A stretch of 64,000 nucleotides of DNA, taken from contig CAVYIO010000015.1 of NCBI GenBank assembly GCA_963768565.1, positions 30,059 to 94,058 on the forward strand. Reading direction: 5' to 3'. A model generated the notes under the pieces. That model saw only the letters and a list, made by a program, of their open reading frames with translations. It did not search any database and was not told the DNA's origin. The stretch is from Rhodothermales bacterium (lineage in GTDB: Bacteria > Bacteroidota > Rhodothermia > Rhodothermales > JABDKH01). Of this stretch, positions 1-10,119 are shown in pieces; within the stretch, counting starts at the first letter, position 1; every line of letters begins with the position of its first letter. The translations under genes were made by a program, and so were the position numbers.

Positions 1-1312
1 AACCACCGAAGGCGTCCGGGAAGATCCACTGGCCCTCGCCCGAATTCTCCAGACCGTATTGGACGGCCACGTTCGCATTTACACGGTCGCTTATTCTGAC
101 GCCGACTCCGCCGGCGACGCGATGCTGAATAAGAGCGTTGGCCGGCGTGTTGAAGAACGCGAGATCGTCCGGCAGAGGATTCTCGTTGTACGAGTACGCC
201 GAGCACGCACCACGATAGCCGTCGGCCACCTCGTACTGTAGCCCAGCGCCGCGACAATGATGCTCTCCCAGCCGAAGCCGTCACGGCGTTCATGTCGTTG
301 TAGCCGCTGTCCTTGAAGCCGTCTGTATTCGAGAAGTCGATGTAGCGCACGTCCGCAGCGAGCAGCAGATTTTCTACGCCCGTGTAGGCGACGCCCGCCG
401 GAGATGATCATCGGATAGTCGAGATTGAACGCGAACTCGGTACCCGGTCGGATTTCCTCGGCGGTGAACTCAAAGTCCTGGAACCACTGCGGGCTCTTGA
501 CGGACAGTCCCGCGCTCAACCCGCTCGGATCCTTCGGCATGGACGCCTACCTGAAAGCCGAATCCCAGGGCGCCGGTGCGCGGCCCGTCGGGGAACAGGA
601 ACGTCATGTCAGGCGGTGCAGCCGGGAACGGGGACACCTGAAGCAGGGCATAGTTGATCGTCGGCGCGAAGCCGATCGCTACCTGGTCCGAGAGCTTGTA
701 CGCAATCGTCGGATTGACCTGAAGCAGGGCGAACTCCGATTTGATCGCTCCGAAGCCGAGACCGCCCTGTGCCTGCTGCGGAGTCAAGATCGGATTGACG
801 TTTGGATTGAAACTTCCGTCCTGGTTAAACGGTGACGGCGAGGCCGCGTAGTCCACTCCAAAGCCACCGACGAACATCGCTCCCAGGCCAAACGTGAGAT
901 TCGACTCCGGCATGACACGGACGTAGCCGAGCGCCGGAATCGGAAACGGCCCGGCATCGCTGTCGGTCTTGCCGGACATTGCGGCGGGCGGCAGCGGCGT
1001 ATCGGCAGGAAACGGCGGCGAGGGTGCCGGCCCGAATGCGCCCGGGTTGACGGATGACTCAATGCTTCCGGTTGGCTGCAGGAACTGAATACTCAGATCC
1101 AGACGGCTCTCCTTCGACATTGCTATCGAAGCGGGATTCCAGTGAACCGGGACAAGCGCATCCTGAGGCGCAGCCATGCCGGCTCCCGCCATAGCCTGGT
1201 CAATCGGTCCGACACCGTTGAGGACATGACCACTCTGGGCCATAACCGTTGTGAAACTTCCGGCGAGCAGTAACAGAACTGCCGTCAGGAGCGATATGGA
1301 TTTTGTATTCAT
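1..1312 (-). CDS. FadL/OmpP1/TodX-family outer-membrane hydrophobic-compound channel (frameshifted, runs off left edge)
   Basis: Signal peptide, then 'GHVLNGVGPIDQAMAGAGMAAPQDA..WNPA' (FadL-type N-terminal hatch) and 'LQVNPTIAYKLSDQVAIG'. Coding continues in other frames (ORF 91..540 'FAFNLDYPMIISGG', then 'YNENPLPDDLAFFNTPA') to position 1. Confidence 0.8.
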
Positions 1313-1393
1313 GACGACTGGGTCGTTGGTTGTTGGGGGTAATCGATGGGTATTCTGGCTGCTGCGGGCAGGTGTCGTTCGCGGCTATCGCGA

Positions 1394-2600
1394 TCAAGCC
1401 CTGCCGCGCAACATGCCGTTCCAGTAAAGCTGTGGGAGTACGTAGAGCTTCAGACGCGTACATGGAATACCGCTCTCGCGTCGTGTCGAAAGGGAAAGAC
1501 GGAAGCGGGCGGTTGTCGTAATCGAACTCTGCGAGAACGAGTCGGCCGAACCCTGTCACGAGAGGGCAGGACGAATAGCCGTCGTAGACCATTTCGTCGG
1601 ATATCGCGCCGTCCCGTAGCACCTGCATCAAGTGGTGCACTACAATGGGCGCCTGTTTGCGCACAGCGGCTCCGGTCTTTGCATTGGGTGTTGATGTGGC
1701 GTCGCCAAGTCCGAAGACATTCGGATACTTGTTGTGCTGCAGCGTGTCCCGACTCACATCGACCCATCCGTCGACATTGGCCAGGGGGCTTTCCTTAATG
1801 AAGTCGGGGGCGCTCTGCGGCGGCACAACGTGCATCATGTCGAAGGGATACACCTTGTCTTCGACCACTTCGTCGTCCTCATTTCGCACGCGGATGACGG
1901 CTTCTTTCTGATCGCCGCGTACCTCAACCAGTTCGTGGCGGGTGTTGAACGTGATGCCGTAGCGCGCAATGATCTTCTTAAGCGTGCGCTCGAATTCCTT
2001 CACGCCAAAGACGACCGTACCCGGCGACATGAACTGGATATCAGTGTCTTCCAGTTTGCCGTTCAGCCGCAGATAGTCGGCCGTCAGGTACATGATCTTC
2101 TGAGGAGCGCCGCCACACTTGACCGGGGTGTTGGGTTGCGTAAAGATGGCGCGACCGCCCTTGAACTTGCTCAGCACCTCCCACGTGTATTCGGCTCGAT
2201 CGAAGCCGTAGTTGCTGCAGACGCCGTTCGTGCCGATCGTTTCGGCGAGACCCGGGATCTTGTTCCAATCCAGTTGTATTCCGGGACATACGACGAGTGC
2301 GTCGTATCCGAATGTCTTGCCGCCCTTTGTCGTGACCGTGTTCTTGTCCGGGTCGAAGCTGACGACATAGTCCTTGATCCAGGTCACGCCGTCGGGGATA
2401 TAATCCGCCTCTGATCTGACCGAGATCTCTTTCGGGAAGACACCCGCGCCAACGAGCGTCCAGATCGGTTGGTAGTAGTGTTTGTCGGAGGGCTCGATGA
2501 GGGTGACGGAAGGACCGTCTTCCAGCTCTCGAAGTCGTGCTGCGACTGTGATCCCGGCGGTACCACCGCCTACGATAACCACCTGATACTTTTCGCTCAT
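1394..2600 (-). CDS. sqr: Sulfide:quinone oxidoreductase, type II (SqrB-like)
   Basis: FAD-binding 'VVIVGGGTAG', 'HYYQPIWTLVGAG', catalytic 'KCGGAPQK' and 'YSSCPL'. A single indel near 1455 restores the C-terminus 'LKLYVLPQLYWNGMLRGRA*' with the stop at 1394-1396. Confidence 0.9.
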
Positions 2601-3347
2601 CTACTTTTCGCTGTTTTGTCGTTCGCTGGCAATTAGAGCATGTCGCTCGGCCATCCCCTGACCGAACATCTTTCCGAAATTCACAAGGAAACCGAGGGCG
2701 CGCCGGGCGTCCGGATCGCGCGAGGTTCGGATGAGTTCCCACGCTGTCGCGCTGTACGGCTCCTCGCGCGAGAGGCACTCCTTCTGACAACGCGCCAGGG
2801 TGCTTCCCAACATGCCGACGAAGCCGACAGCGTCAGCATCAAGAACCTGGTCGAGGGCGTCGACGGTGGCGGGGGCGGTCAACTTTTCTCCCAGGGCAAA
2901 GGTGCTTCGCACCCGGGCGTCGATACTGATCCCGACCGCTTCGGCACCCTGGTAGATCTCATCAACAGCGTCCACCATCATCGAGATGAAGCCGGGCAGG
3001 TCGTCGAGGAGCGAGGCCAGTTCGGCGATCTTGTCCATGCGCTCCAGCAGGCCGGTGATGGCCGCGACAGTCGCAGGCTCGGTGAGTTTTTCGACCAGGG
3101 CGAGAGATACCCGGACTCTTTCGTCAATGTCAATGCCCGACTCGTGGGCCCGATCAGCTACGTCGTCGGCGATGTCAGCGAACGAGCTGACGAGCGCGGG
3201 ACCCTGGGCGACAGCCTGCTCAACCCGGTTGAGCGTGTTTTCTATAGATTCAAGGCGGTCCAGAAGCCGGCTCAGCCGCTCGGCGGTTTCCGGCTCGTTG
3301 ATCCGCTCCTGCAACATCGCGATGCCGCGAGATTCAGACATATTCAT
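2601..3347 (-). CDS. DUF1641-domain protein (SQR-associated)
   Basis: Helical protein with an internal duplication ('GIDIDERVR'/'GISIDARVR') and C-terminal 'RDPDARRALGFLVNFGKMFG'. It abuts the sqr start. Start taken at MNMSES. Confidence 0.75.
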   Translation of the reverse strand: MNMSESRGIAMLQERINEPETAERLSRLLDRLESIENTLNRVEQAVAQGPALVSSFADIADDVADRAHESGIDIDERVRVSLALVEKLTEPATVAAITGLLERMDKIAELASLLDDLPGFISMMVDAVDEIYQGAEAVGISIDARVRSTFALGEKLTAPATVDALDQVLDADAVGFVGMLGSTLARCQKECLSREEPYSATAWELIRTSRDPDARRALGFLVNFGKMFGQGMAERHALIASERQNSEK

Positions 3348-3636
3348 TGACCGTTCTGTCGTGGTACGCAGGCTTTCTTGTCCTGCGCACCAGTTTGTTG
3401 CATCAGCTTGAGCGCGAACCGGGAAAGTATCGGGACTGGAGCGCCACAAACCTGAAGTCTCGCTCCCCACAGGACGGTGAGGTTCATCCCCTCGAAAGCG
3501 TAGGGGACCACCCTACAGGCTTTCCGATGGCTCCGACCATCAAGTAATCAACCGAACAGATCTACCGGATGATCGTTGAGGATCGGGCGGTATTATTCCC
3601 GCAGCGCAGCGACACCATGGCGAACCAGTAGACCAC

Positions 3637-4122
3637 ATGAGAGCGATAAAGAATCCCTTCCGAGCATTTCGATGGTTCGCCCTGCGGAGGTTTATCAGAA
3701 CGACGTTCCCCGAGGTAGAACAGCTGTCGACCATGGATCTTTCGCGCATCCTCGAGTCGTCCGCTGAAGGGACGATCCTGCTACTGGATACGCGCAGGGA
3801 GAGCGAGTTCGCAGTGAGTCATCTGGAGGGTGCCGTTCGGCTCGATCCTGACACAAATGATGATGACCTTGCGAAAATCGCGGATCGGAAGGGCGCGGTC
3901 GTTACGTATTGCTCGGTTGGTTATCGTTCGTCCGGCATAGCCAGGCGACTCCTCAGGGCGGGCTGCCAGGACGTGCGCAACCTGGAGGGATCGATCTTCA
4001 AGTGGGCGAACGAAGGACGCACGGTCGTGCGTGACGGGAAAGAGGTCAGAGAGGTGCATCCCTACAATGAACACTGGGGCAACCTTCTTCGCGCAGAACT
4101 TCGTTCGGAAAGGCCAAAGTAG
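3637..4122 (+). CDS. Rhodanese-like sulfurtransferase domain protein
   Basis: 'LLDTRRESEFAVSHLEGA', active-site 'YCSVGYRS', 'NLEGSIFKW'. Confidence 0.9.
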   Translation: MRAIKNPFRAFRWFALRRFIRTTFPEVEQLSTMDLSRILESSAEGTILLLDTRRESEFAVSHLEGAVRLDPDTNDDDLAKIADRKGAVVTYCSVGYRSSGIARRLLRAGCQDVRNLEGSIFKWANEGRTVVRDGKEVREVHPYNEHWGNLLRAELRSERPK

Positions 4123-4188
4123 GCGGGCGCGGTGTCCGGACTACTCACAGAACAAGGAGTCGATTCATCCTGCCGCGAGGACCACCAT

Positions 4189-4920
4189 CTACTCAGGCCG
4201 CCGGGTGCCGGATGGTTCGATAGCAGCCAGGCGATGCAGATTCGCAGCTATTCGGACCAGCAGAAGTGAAGCCATCAGTGCAATACACGCGATACCGAAC
4301 AGATCAAAAATGGTCGCACCCTTGCCGAGAAATCCCAGTGGCACCGGTCCGGCCAGCACCGCGACAGTATTCAGAAAAATCAAGACGAGCCGGCCCTCGG
4401 TGGGCCCCATCCGGCCGTACCCGAAATTGAACGTGTCGTCCACGTGTGTCTCAAGGTAGACGTTGATCGACATCACGAGATAGACAACCACGAGTGCGAC
4501 GCCAACGTTGAAGTACATGACCGATGACAGGCCGAGCCCGAGCCCGACAGCAATCGTGGAGTAGGCGTCCGTGATGTGGTCGAGATAGAAACCGTATCTG
4601 GGCCGCTCCGTCTTGCGAACCCTCGCGAGCGTACCGTCCAGGCTGTCACCGAACCAGTGAACGACGAGCAGAAGGCTTGCGACCCAGAACCAGCGAGGAT
4701 CTTCGCTGGTGGCCACGTAGGCAGCGCAGATCGCCGTAGACGAGAGAATGCCGAGAATCGTCAAGTGGTCCGGCATGACCCAGGATGGAAGGGCTGCTGC
4801 CAGTCGGGGCAGCGCCCACCGCTCAAAACGCGCAAGGGTAAACTCTGACGCTCGGCTATGCTCGCCCAGTTCTGTCATTCGCGCACCACCCGCTCGATAG
4901 TCTTCTGCAGTCCGCGCCAT
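4189..4920 (-). CDS. CDP-alcohol phosphatidyltransferase family protein
   Basis: 'PDHLT' and the signature 'DSLDGTLARVR...GFYLDHITD'. Confidence 0.9.
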   Translation of the reverse strand: MARTAEDYRAGGARMTELGEHSRASEFTLARFERWALPRLAAALPSWVMPDHLTILGILSSTAICAAYVATSEDPRWFWVASLLLVVHWFGDSLDGTLARVRKTERPRYGFYLDHITDAYSTIAVGLGLGLSSVMYFNVGVALVVVYLVMSINVYLETHVDDTFNFGYGRMGPTEGRLVLIFLNTVAVLAGPVPLGFLGKGATIFDLFGIACIALMASLLLVRIAANLHRLAAIEPSGTRRPE

Positions 4921-5030
4921 CTACAGATAAATAGCCGCTACCTCAACCTGGAAAGTAACCTTCTGACGGCCACGCCGGATCTCAGCCAACTGTCAGATCG
5001 CCCGGACGAGGCGAGTCCAGCGATTACGGA

Positions 5031-5876
5031 TCAGGACCCTGGAGCGCGACGATCGGCCTGCGCAAGGGGCATCTTGATCAGAGCGGCAAGCGAGTCCGCC
5101 TCAGGACCTGCGAACTGGTCGAGGCCGAACTCGATCTCGTGGGGATCGGCGCGAAGCCGGAACGACCGGGCCGCCCGATCCCAGAACGAGAACAGAGCGC
5201 TGTAGTTCGAGTCCGTCTCCATCATCACGCGCGAATGATGGACCTTGTGCATGGCCGGCGTGACAATTGCGATCCGTAGAATTCGGTCCAGTCGTGGAGA
5301 GACGCCGATGTTCGCGTGGTGGAATTGCACTACGCCAAACATGATGGTTTCGTAGAGAAGCAGCTCCCATGCATAAACGCCGAGCAGAACGATGAGGGGA
5401 ATTCGCAACGCCGACGACAGGATGATCTCGCCGACATGAAAGCGGCCGGCCGTTGAGACGTCCATCTGGGTGTCGGAGTGGTGAACGCGGTGAAAGCGCC
5501 ACAGGAAGGGGACGCGGTGGTTCAGCCGGTGCCACGTGTAGGTCCATGCGTCGAAAAGAAGCACAGCTCCAACCGCATGCGCCCACGGCGGCAACCCTAT
5601 CAACGAAAGCTGGTTGAGCAGACCCCAGGAATGCTCCTCGGCCCAGATGGACGCCGCCACCCACATGGCGACGAAAGCCAGGGCGATGATCAGCGAGTTG
5701 ATGGCGCCCAGAACAAGATTCTTGATTATGTGCGAGGCGCGCACGCGGCCGGAAGAGCGGAAGAAAGAAAAGAAAGGGCGCAGGCTCTCCCACGCCAGAA
5801 ATAGAACCAGGCCGATGATGTAGACCAGAACCTGAGCCTGGCCGATCTGTGAGATGACAACTTGCATATCGCGCAC
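5031..5876 (-). CDS. Sterol desaturase / fatty-acid hydroxylase family membrane protein
   Basis: His boxes 'WHRLNH', 'FHRVHHSD', 'FHHAN', 'HKVHH' plus TM segments. Confidence 0.9.
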   Translation of the reverse strand: MRDMQVVISQIGQAQVLVYIIGLVLFLAWESLRPFFSFFRSSGRVRASHIIKNLVLGAINSLIIALAFVAMWVAASIWAEEHSWGLLNQLSLIGLPPWAHAVGAVLLFDAWTYTWHRLNHRVPFLWRFHRVHHSDTQMDVSTAGRFHVGEIILSSALRIPLIVLLGVYAWELLLYETIMFGVVQFHHANIGVSPRLDRILRIAIVTPAMHKVHHSRVMMETDSNYSALFSFWDRAARSFRLRADPHEIEFGLDQFAGPEADSLAALIKMPLAQADRRAPGS

Positions 5877-6097
5877 GTTTATTGAAAGAGTGCGACCCCC
5901 GCTACAGAGGAAGGTTTCTCAACCCGACAGATGCCGCCAGGCACGGTTCTGGCGATCGGGTCAGTCCGTCGCAGGGAAAAGTTCGCCCGCCGTCCTGAAA
6001 GCCGAACCTACCACCGTCTCTTCATGGGTGCACTTCTAGTCATGCACGTCTGACATTGGGTGGACTAGTTTCGGAGTGGTGGCCGAATCTAGACTTT

Positions 6098-6136
6098 GAA
6101 GGCCCGGGTTTGGTGGAACCCGGGCCTTCGCTTTTT
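6098..6136 (+). terminator. Rho-independent terminator-like hairpin on the + strand
   Basis: GAAGGCCCGGGTTT-ggtg-GAACCCGGGCCTTC followed by gcTTTTT. Confidence 0.65.
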
Positions 6137-6161
6137 CTGTCGCGATTGCTGCCCAACCCTT

Positions 6162-6383
6162 CTACTTCGGTTCCTGCGGGCCCTCGTCTTCACGCTTGCT
6201 TTGATGATGCCGGAGCAGTTCGGCGGCACGTCTGCGGGCGTTGTCCTCCGCCGACGGGAGAACGGCGTCCAGCATCGGCCGGATCAACACATCGTAGTTA
6301 TAGATCAGAAGCAGGATAGCGGCCGCCGCTGCGACCGCGCCAATCAGGTACCACATGCAGCAAATATCGGCGCCCTGACGCAC
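6162..6383 (-). CDS. Small single-pass membrane protein, hypothetical
   Basis: Hydrophobic 'MWYLIGAVAAAAAILLLIY' with a charged tail; same orientation as its neighbours; start uncertain. Confidence 0.5.
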   Translation of the reverse strand: MRQGADICCMWYLIGAVAAAAAILLLIYNYDVLIRPMLDAVLPSAEDNARRRAAELLRHHQSKREDEGPQEPK

Positions 6384-6417
6384 AGGTCAAGCGTGGACCG
6401 GCTCGAGTGCGCCGGCC

Positions 6418-6921
6418 TCAGCGGTTCGCCTCCACTGCATCTCGATGCCACGACACCTTAATGGACTTCTCTCCGTCTCCGTACGTGAAGTTTAGGTCGC
6501 CCTGATACGATCGGCCAACGGCGTCGCCGATCCGCCTCGCCACGTGGACGCCAGTTGTTGTGATCTCCAGACCGCCAGGGACCTCCGAGATAGCCATGAT
6601 GCGCTCCAGAGGATGCTCGCCTTTCTCCAGCGCCTCCACGTTGTGAATGAGGCCGACGATTTCACTGCGATGATCGGCAAGGAAGGACCCGGACAACTTC
6701 AAGATGCCCGCGGGCACATTGTCCGCAATACGCTGGCACGACGGACAAGTCGTGGTATTCGTGGTCTCAGCGCGATCGCCCCATGACCAACGGCCGTCCG
6801 TAAAAACAGCCCCGCATTCCCGGCAGGCACTGGGTTCGCGGAGCTTCTTGTCAACCCTGTATACGTCATGCCTCTTTTCTCGGACGAGGCGATCCTTCCT
6901 GCCAAATACACCTTTGTACAT
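6418..6921 (-). CDS. BCAM0308-family protein (two CxxC pairs)
   Basis: 'EPSACRECGAVFTDGRWSW', 'CPSCQRIADNVPAG', 'EHPLERIM', 'TTTGVHVARRIG'. Confidence 0.75.
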   Translation of the reverse strand: MYKGVFGRKDRLVREKRHDVYRVDKKLREPSACRECGAVFTDGRWSWGDRAETTNTTTCPSCQRIADNVPAGILKLSGSFLADHRSEIVGLIHNVEALEKGEHPLERIMAISEVPGGLEITTTGVHVARRIGDAVGRSYQGDLNFTYGDGEKSIKVSWHRDAVEANR

Positions 6922-7125
6922 TCATTCACCTCACATTGAGAATACTTTCTCACAGAACATATCGGGACCGCGCAACAGAACCTTTGTAAGAGAACGTGCA
7001 GGGAGTATTGTCCCTCCGTGTCGAGCTGGCGCGCGCATCCGTGATTACCGGGAGATTTTGCTCGCGGGCGCCCCGCCACCTGACAACATGTAGCGCCCGC
7101 CTGCCCTGGGCCCGGCCCCGCAGAT

Positions 7126-7548
7126 CTACTTCACCCTTCGCCAGACTTCCTCCAACCTCATCTGGCCAATCTGGCCCGTGTGATACCACAGGCTGTCGCC
7201 CACCAGCCTTGCCTTGAACTTGACCGTCAGGCCGACGTTGGGCGCGGATTCGTGGTACTCGATATACTCGGTGTACGCGCTATCGCCATCAAATTTGTAG
7301 CGGCCGCCACCGGCATAGACATCATCCTCCACGACACCGTTGATGATCTGTTGGCGCCCAAAAGCGAAATGCGTGTCATTGAGCATCTTGTACGATGGCC
7401 CCAGATATCGGCCCCGGTCGATGGTAGTGTCGGGATAGATAGATCGCTGGCTGACCATCTCCCACGTTCCGACAAGAGGATTGGACTGGGCCTGAGTGGC
7501 CACTGCCGTAACAAGCAGCGCGATGAAGAAAAGGGGGACCACACGCAT
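7126..7548 (-). CDS. Exported lipocalin-like beta-barrel hypothetical protein
   Basis: Signal peptide, 'NPLVGTWEMVS', 'AGGGRY..YTEYIEY', C-terminal 'EEVWRRVK'. Confidence 0.65.
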   Translation of the reverse strand: MRVVPLFFIALLVTAVATQAQSNPLVGTWEMVSQRSIYPDTTIDRGRYLGPSYKMLNDTHFAFGRQQIINGVVEDDVYAGGGRYKFDGDSAYTEYIEYHESAPNVGLTVKFKARLVGDSLWYHTGQIGQMRLEEVWRRVK

Positions 7549-7761
7549 TTCTGATCACCTCCTGTGTACAAGAAACCAATGAAAACACGTCCGCTGACCC
7601 GCGTGGAGGCACCGGGCCGCGCCTTTCGAATGTATCCGATGGGAGCCTGAGATTCAACTTGCCCCACCGTGAATTGGCGCCTCGTACCGCAGGCAAAAGG
7701 TGGCCGCCGTCGAGAGGGGAACGCCCGAGAGGAACCGGACGCAAGGCTCGCCAATCCCGGC

Positions 7762-7929
7762 CTAACGTTTTCGGTGCCGGTCACCGGTAACCGCCATCCA
7801 GATGAAAACCACGCCCAGAAACGCCACACCGAGCAGGCTGATCAGGATGGTTCCCCATTCGAGAATGACGCTCACGAATATCAGAACAGCCAGGCTCAGT
7901 AACATAAATCCAAAGAGGATATCCTGCAT
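7762..7929 (-). CDS. 55-aa two-TM small membrane protein (below ORF-track cutoff)
   Basis: Manual translation: MQDILFGFMLLSLAVLIFVSVILEWGTILISLLGVAFLGVVFIWMAVTGDRHRKR*. Confidence 0.55.
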   Translation of the reverse strand: MQDILFGFMLLSLAVLIFVSVILEWGTILISLLGVAFLGVVFIWMAVTGDRHRKR

Positions 7930-8081
7930 ATCGGCAATAGGGTAGTGGTCGGATCGGAGTCGGGGAATTGCGCCCGGGCTTCTCCAATGAACCGGTCTTT
8001 TGGATGACAGTCAAGAATGTCGACAGGCGCTCGTGCGCGAACACGTTGAAAGCTGTACTTTTTGTTATCAACGGGACGATT

Positions 8082-8603
8082 ATGGACACGATCTGGGGAA
8101 ACATTTTCAGGAGCAATGCGGGACCGAACGATCCCCTTGCTGTGCTGAAGAGCGTTCCGATCTTTGCGCGGCTTTCCAGGCGGCAGTTGCAATCAGTGGA
8201 GAAGATCCTCCACACACGCCGGTACACTCCGGGAGAAATAGTCTTTCGCCAGGGCGATCCCGGGGTGGGGATGTACATCATTGCGCGCGGCCGTGTCGCC
8301 ATCTCTCAGGAACCGGACGATACACCGCTTGCGGAGCTGGGTGAAGGAGATTTCTTCGGCGAAATAGCGCTACTCAACGAAAGGTCCCGCAGCGCGACGG
8401 CTGTAGCCGTTGAAAACACGACGCTCTTCGGGTTCTTTCAACCCGACCTGCTGTCGATTCTGGAGAGGCAGCCAAGGATCGGCGTGATTGTACTCCGCGG
8501 CCTGGCGGAAATCGCGGGCGAGCGTCTCTTGAGAACCGAGGGCAAACTCCGCGACTGTCAGCGCGCGCTGACGCCCGCCGAGGGCACGGAAGCACGCACG
8601 TAG
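8082..8603 (+). CDS. Stand-alone cyclic-nucleotide-binding domain protein
   Basis: 'VFRQGDPGVGMYIIARG', 'GDFFGEIALL..RSATAVA'; no C-terminal HTH; start at MDTIWG. Confidence 0.85.
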   Translation: MDTIWGNIFRSNAGPNDPLAVLKSVPIFARLSRRQLQSVEKILHTRRYTPGEIVFRQGDPGVGMYIIARGRVAISQEPDDTPLAELGEGDFFGEIALLNERSRSATAVAVENTTLFGFFQPDLLSILERQPRIGVIVLRGLAEIAGERLLRTEGKLRDCQRALTPAEGTEART

Positions 8604-8613
8604 GGCCAGCAGG

Positions 8614-9663
8614 ATGATACAGAAAGCCCCGGCCTGGGCACGGCTATTCCTGATCGCGATTCTCGTCGCCGGGGTGATATACGTGTTGAGCGGTCTCGGC
8701 CACGTCGTTCGCCTGCTGATCGTAGGCGGCCTCCTTGCATACCTCCTCGATCCCGTCGCGCGCTCTCTGGAGGCGAGGGGTTTGACCAGGGGTCTCGCGA
8801 CGATCCTGATCTTCTCCAGCCTCGTGCTCCTTCTGCTAGCGCTGGTGTATGCGCTGTCTCCAATCGTTTTCGAGCAGGCCGCAGGCCTCCAGGAGGGTTT
8901 CGATGCGACGGATATCGATCGGCTCCTCTACGACATTGACTGGCTCATCAACGGCTTCCTGAGTCGGTTTGGCGCAGGCGCAATCGACGTTCCGACTGTT
9001 GCGCACGACTGGCTTGCTCAACAGTCCGCCAACCTGCTCAAACTCATACCGAACGCCCTGTCACTGGTCACGGACATACTGATCGTGCCCTTCATCATGT
9101 TCTTCCTGTTGCGGGACGGCGTCGAAATGAAGAAGACGTTCATCAGCTGGTTGCCCAATCGCTACTTCGAATTCAGCCTGTCGGTTATCCACAAGAGCAG
9201 CATCAAGCTTGGGGCGTATCTGCGAGGACAGGCGACTGCTGCGCTCGTTGTTGCGATACTCTCCAGCGTTGCGCTGTGGGCAATCGGTATCGACTACTAC
9301 CTGATAGTCGGTGTTTTCGCAGGCTTCGCCAACATGGTGCCATACCTCGGGCCAGTGGCAGGCGCGGTGGCGGCCATCATCGTGTCGTCGTTGACGACGG
9401 GATCGCTGCAAGATGCGGCGTGGATCGCAGGGTCGTTCGCGGTGATCCAGGCCATAGACAACATGCTCGTGCAGCCGTTTGTCCTGTCCAGGAACGTCGA
9501 AATGCATCCGCTCGGAATCCTGCTGGCCGTAATCGTCGGAGGCCAGCTCTTCGGGCTGTGGGGATTGTTACTGGCGGTGCCGGTGGCGTCGATGGCGAAG
9601 GTCATCATCGCCGAGGTGCTTGGCAACCTTCGGAGGTTCCGCCTGACCGGGCAGAGCAGCTAG
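8614..9663 (+). CDS. AI-2E family transporter
   Basis: 'LAYLLDP', 'FFLLRDG', 'YLRGQ', 'PYLGP', 'MHPLGILLAVIVGGQLFGLWGLLLAVP'. Confidence 0.9.
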   Translation: MIQKAPAWARLFLIAILVAGVIYVLSGLGHVVRLLIVGGLLAYLLDPVARSLEARGLTRGLATILIFSSLVLLLLALVYALSPIVFEQAAGLQEGFDATDIDRLLYDIDWLINGFLSRFGAGAIDVPTVAHDWLAQQSANLLKLIPNALSLVTDILIVPFIMFFLLRDGVEMKKTFISWLPNRYFEFSLSVIHKSSIKLGAYLRGQATAALVVAILSSVALWAIGIDYYLIVGVFAGFANMVPYLGPVAGAVAAIIVSSLTTGSLQDAAWIAGSFAVIQAIDNMLVQPFVLSRNVEMHPLGILLAVIVGGQLFGLWGLLLAVPVASMAKVIIAEVLGNLRRFRLTGQSS

Positions 9664-10055
9664 TCCTCGTCTTCGAGAATATCCTCGATGTTACTGAGGA
9701 TGTCGTCCGGACTCGGACGTTCGATCGCGAGGATCGCGGCGTGGTGGACGATCAGGTAGTTCTTGTTTCTGTATGAGATCTCGACCGCCTCTTTGCGAAC
9801 AAAGAACGCAAAATCACCCGGCTGGGCCTGCAGGGGCAGGTAGCGAACGGACTCGCGATTTTCCGCCCAGGGCTCGCCCTCCGAGTATTCGGGATTCGCC
9901 GTCAGGTATCCCGGGCCCACCCGAATCACACGCCCGCTGCCGACTTTGTCGCGCTCGGCGACGGTGGCCGGAAGAACAAGACCCGACTCGGTCTGCTTCT
10001 CGCCGTCGTGCGGCTCGATGAGCACGCGGTCTCCCGTAATGATGAGTTGTCCCAT
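9660..10055 (-). CDS. GroES/Cpn10-family co-chaperone paralog (no adjacent groEL)
   Basis: 'GDRVLIEP..TESGLVLP..GRVIRVGPG', with an insertion 'EGEPWAE..RYLPLQAQPGD'. Confidence 0.8.
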   Translation of the reverse strand: MGQLIITGDRVLIEPHDGEKQTESGLVLPATVAERDKVGSGRVIRVGPGYLTANPEYSEGEPWAENRESVRYLPLQAQPGDFAFFVRKEAVEISYRNKNYLIVHHAAILAIERPSPDDILSNIEDILEDED

Positions 10056-10119
10056 GTCGTGGGCGTGTGAGTATTAATGCCCGGCGCACGCGCCAGCATC
10101 GGCCTGGTATCTGCCGTAT

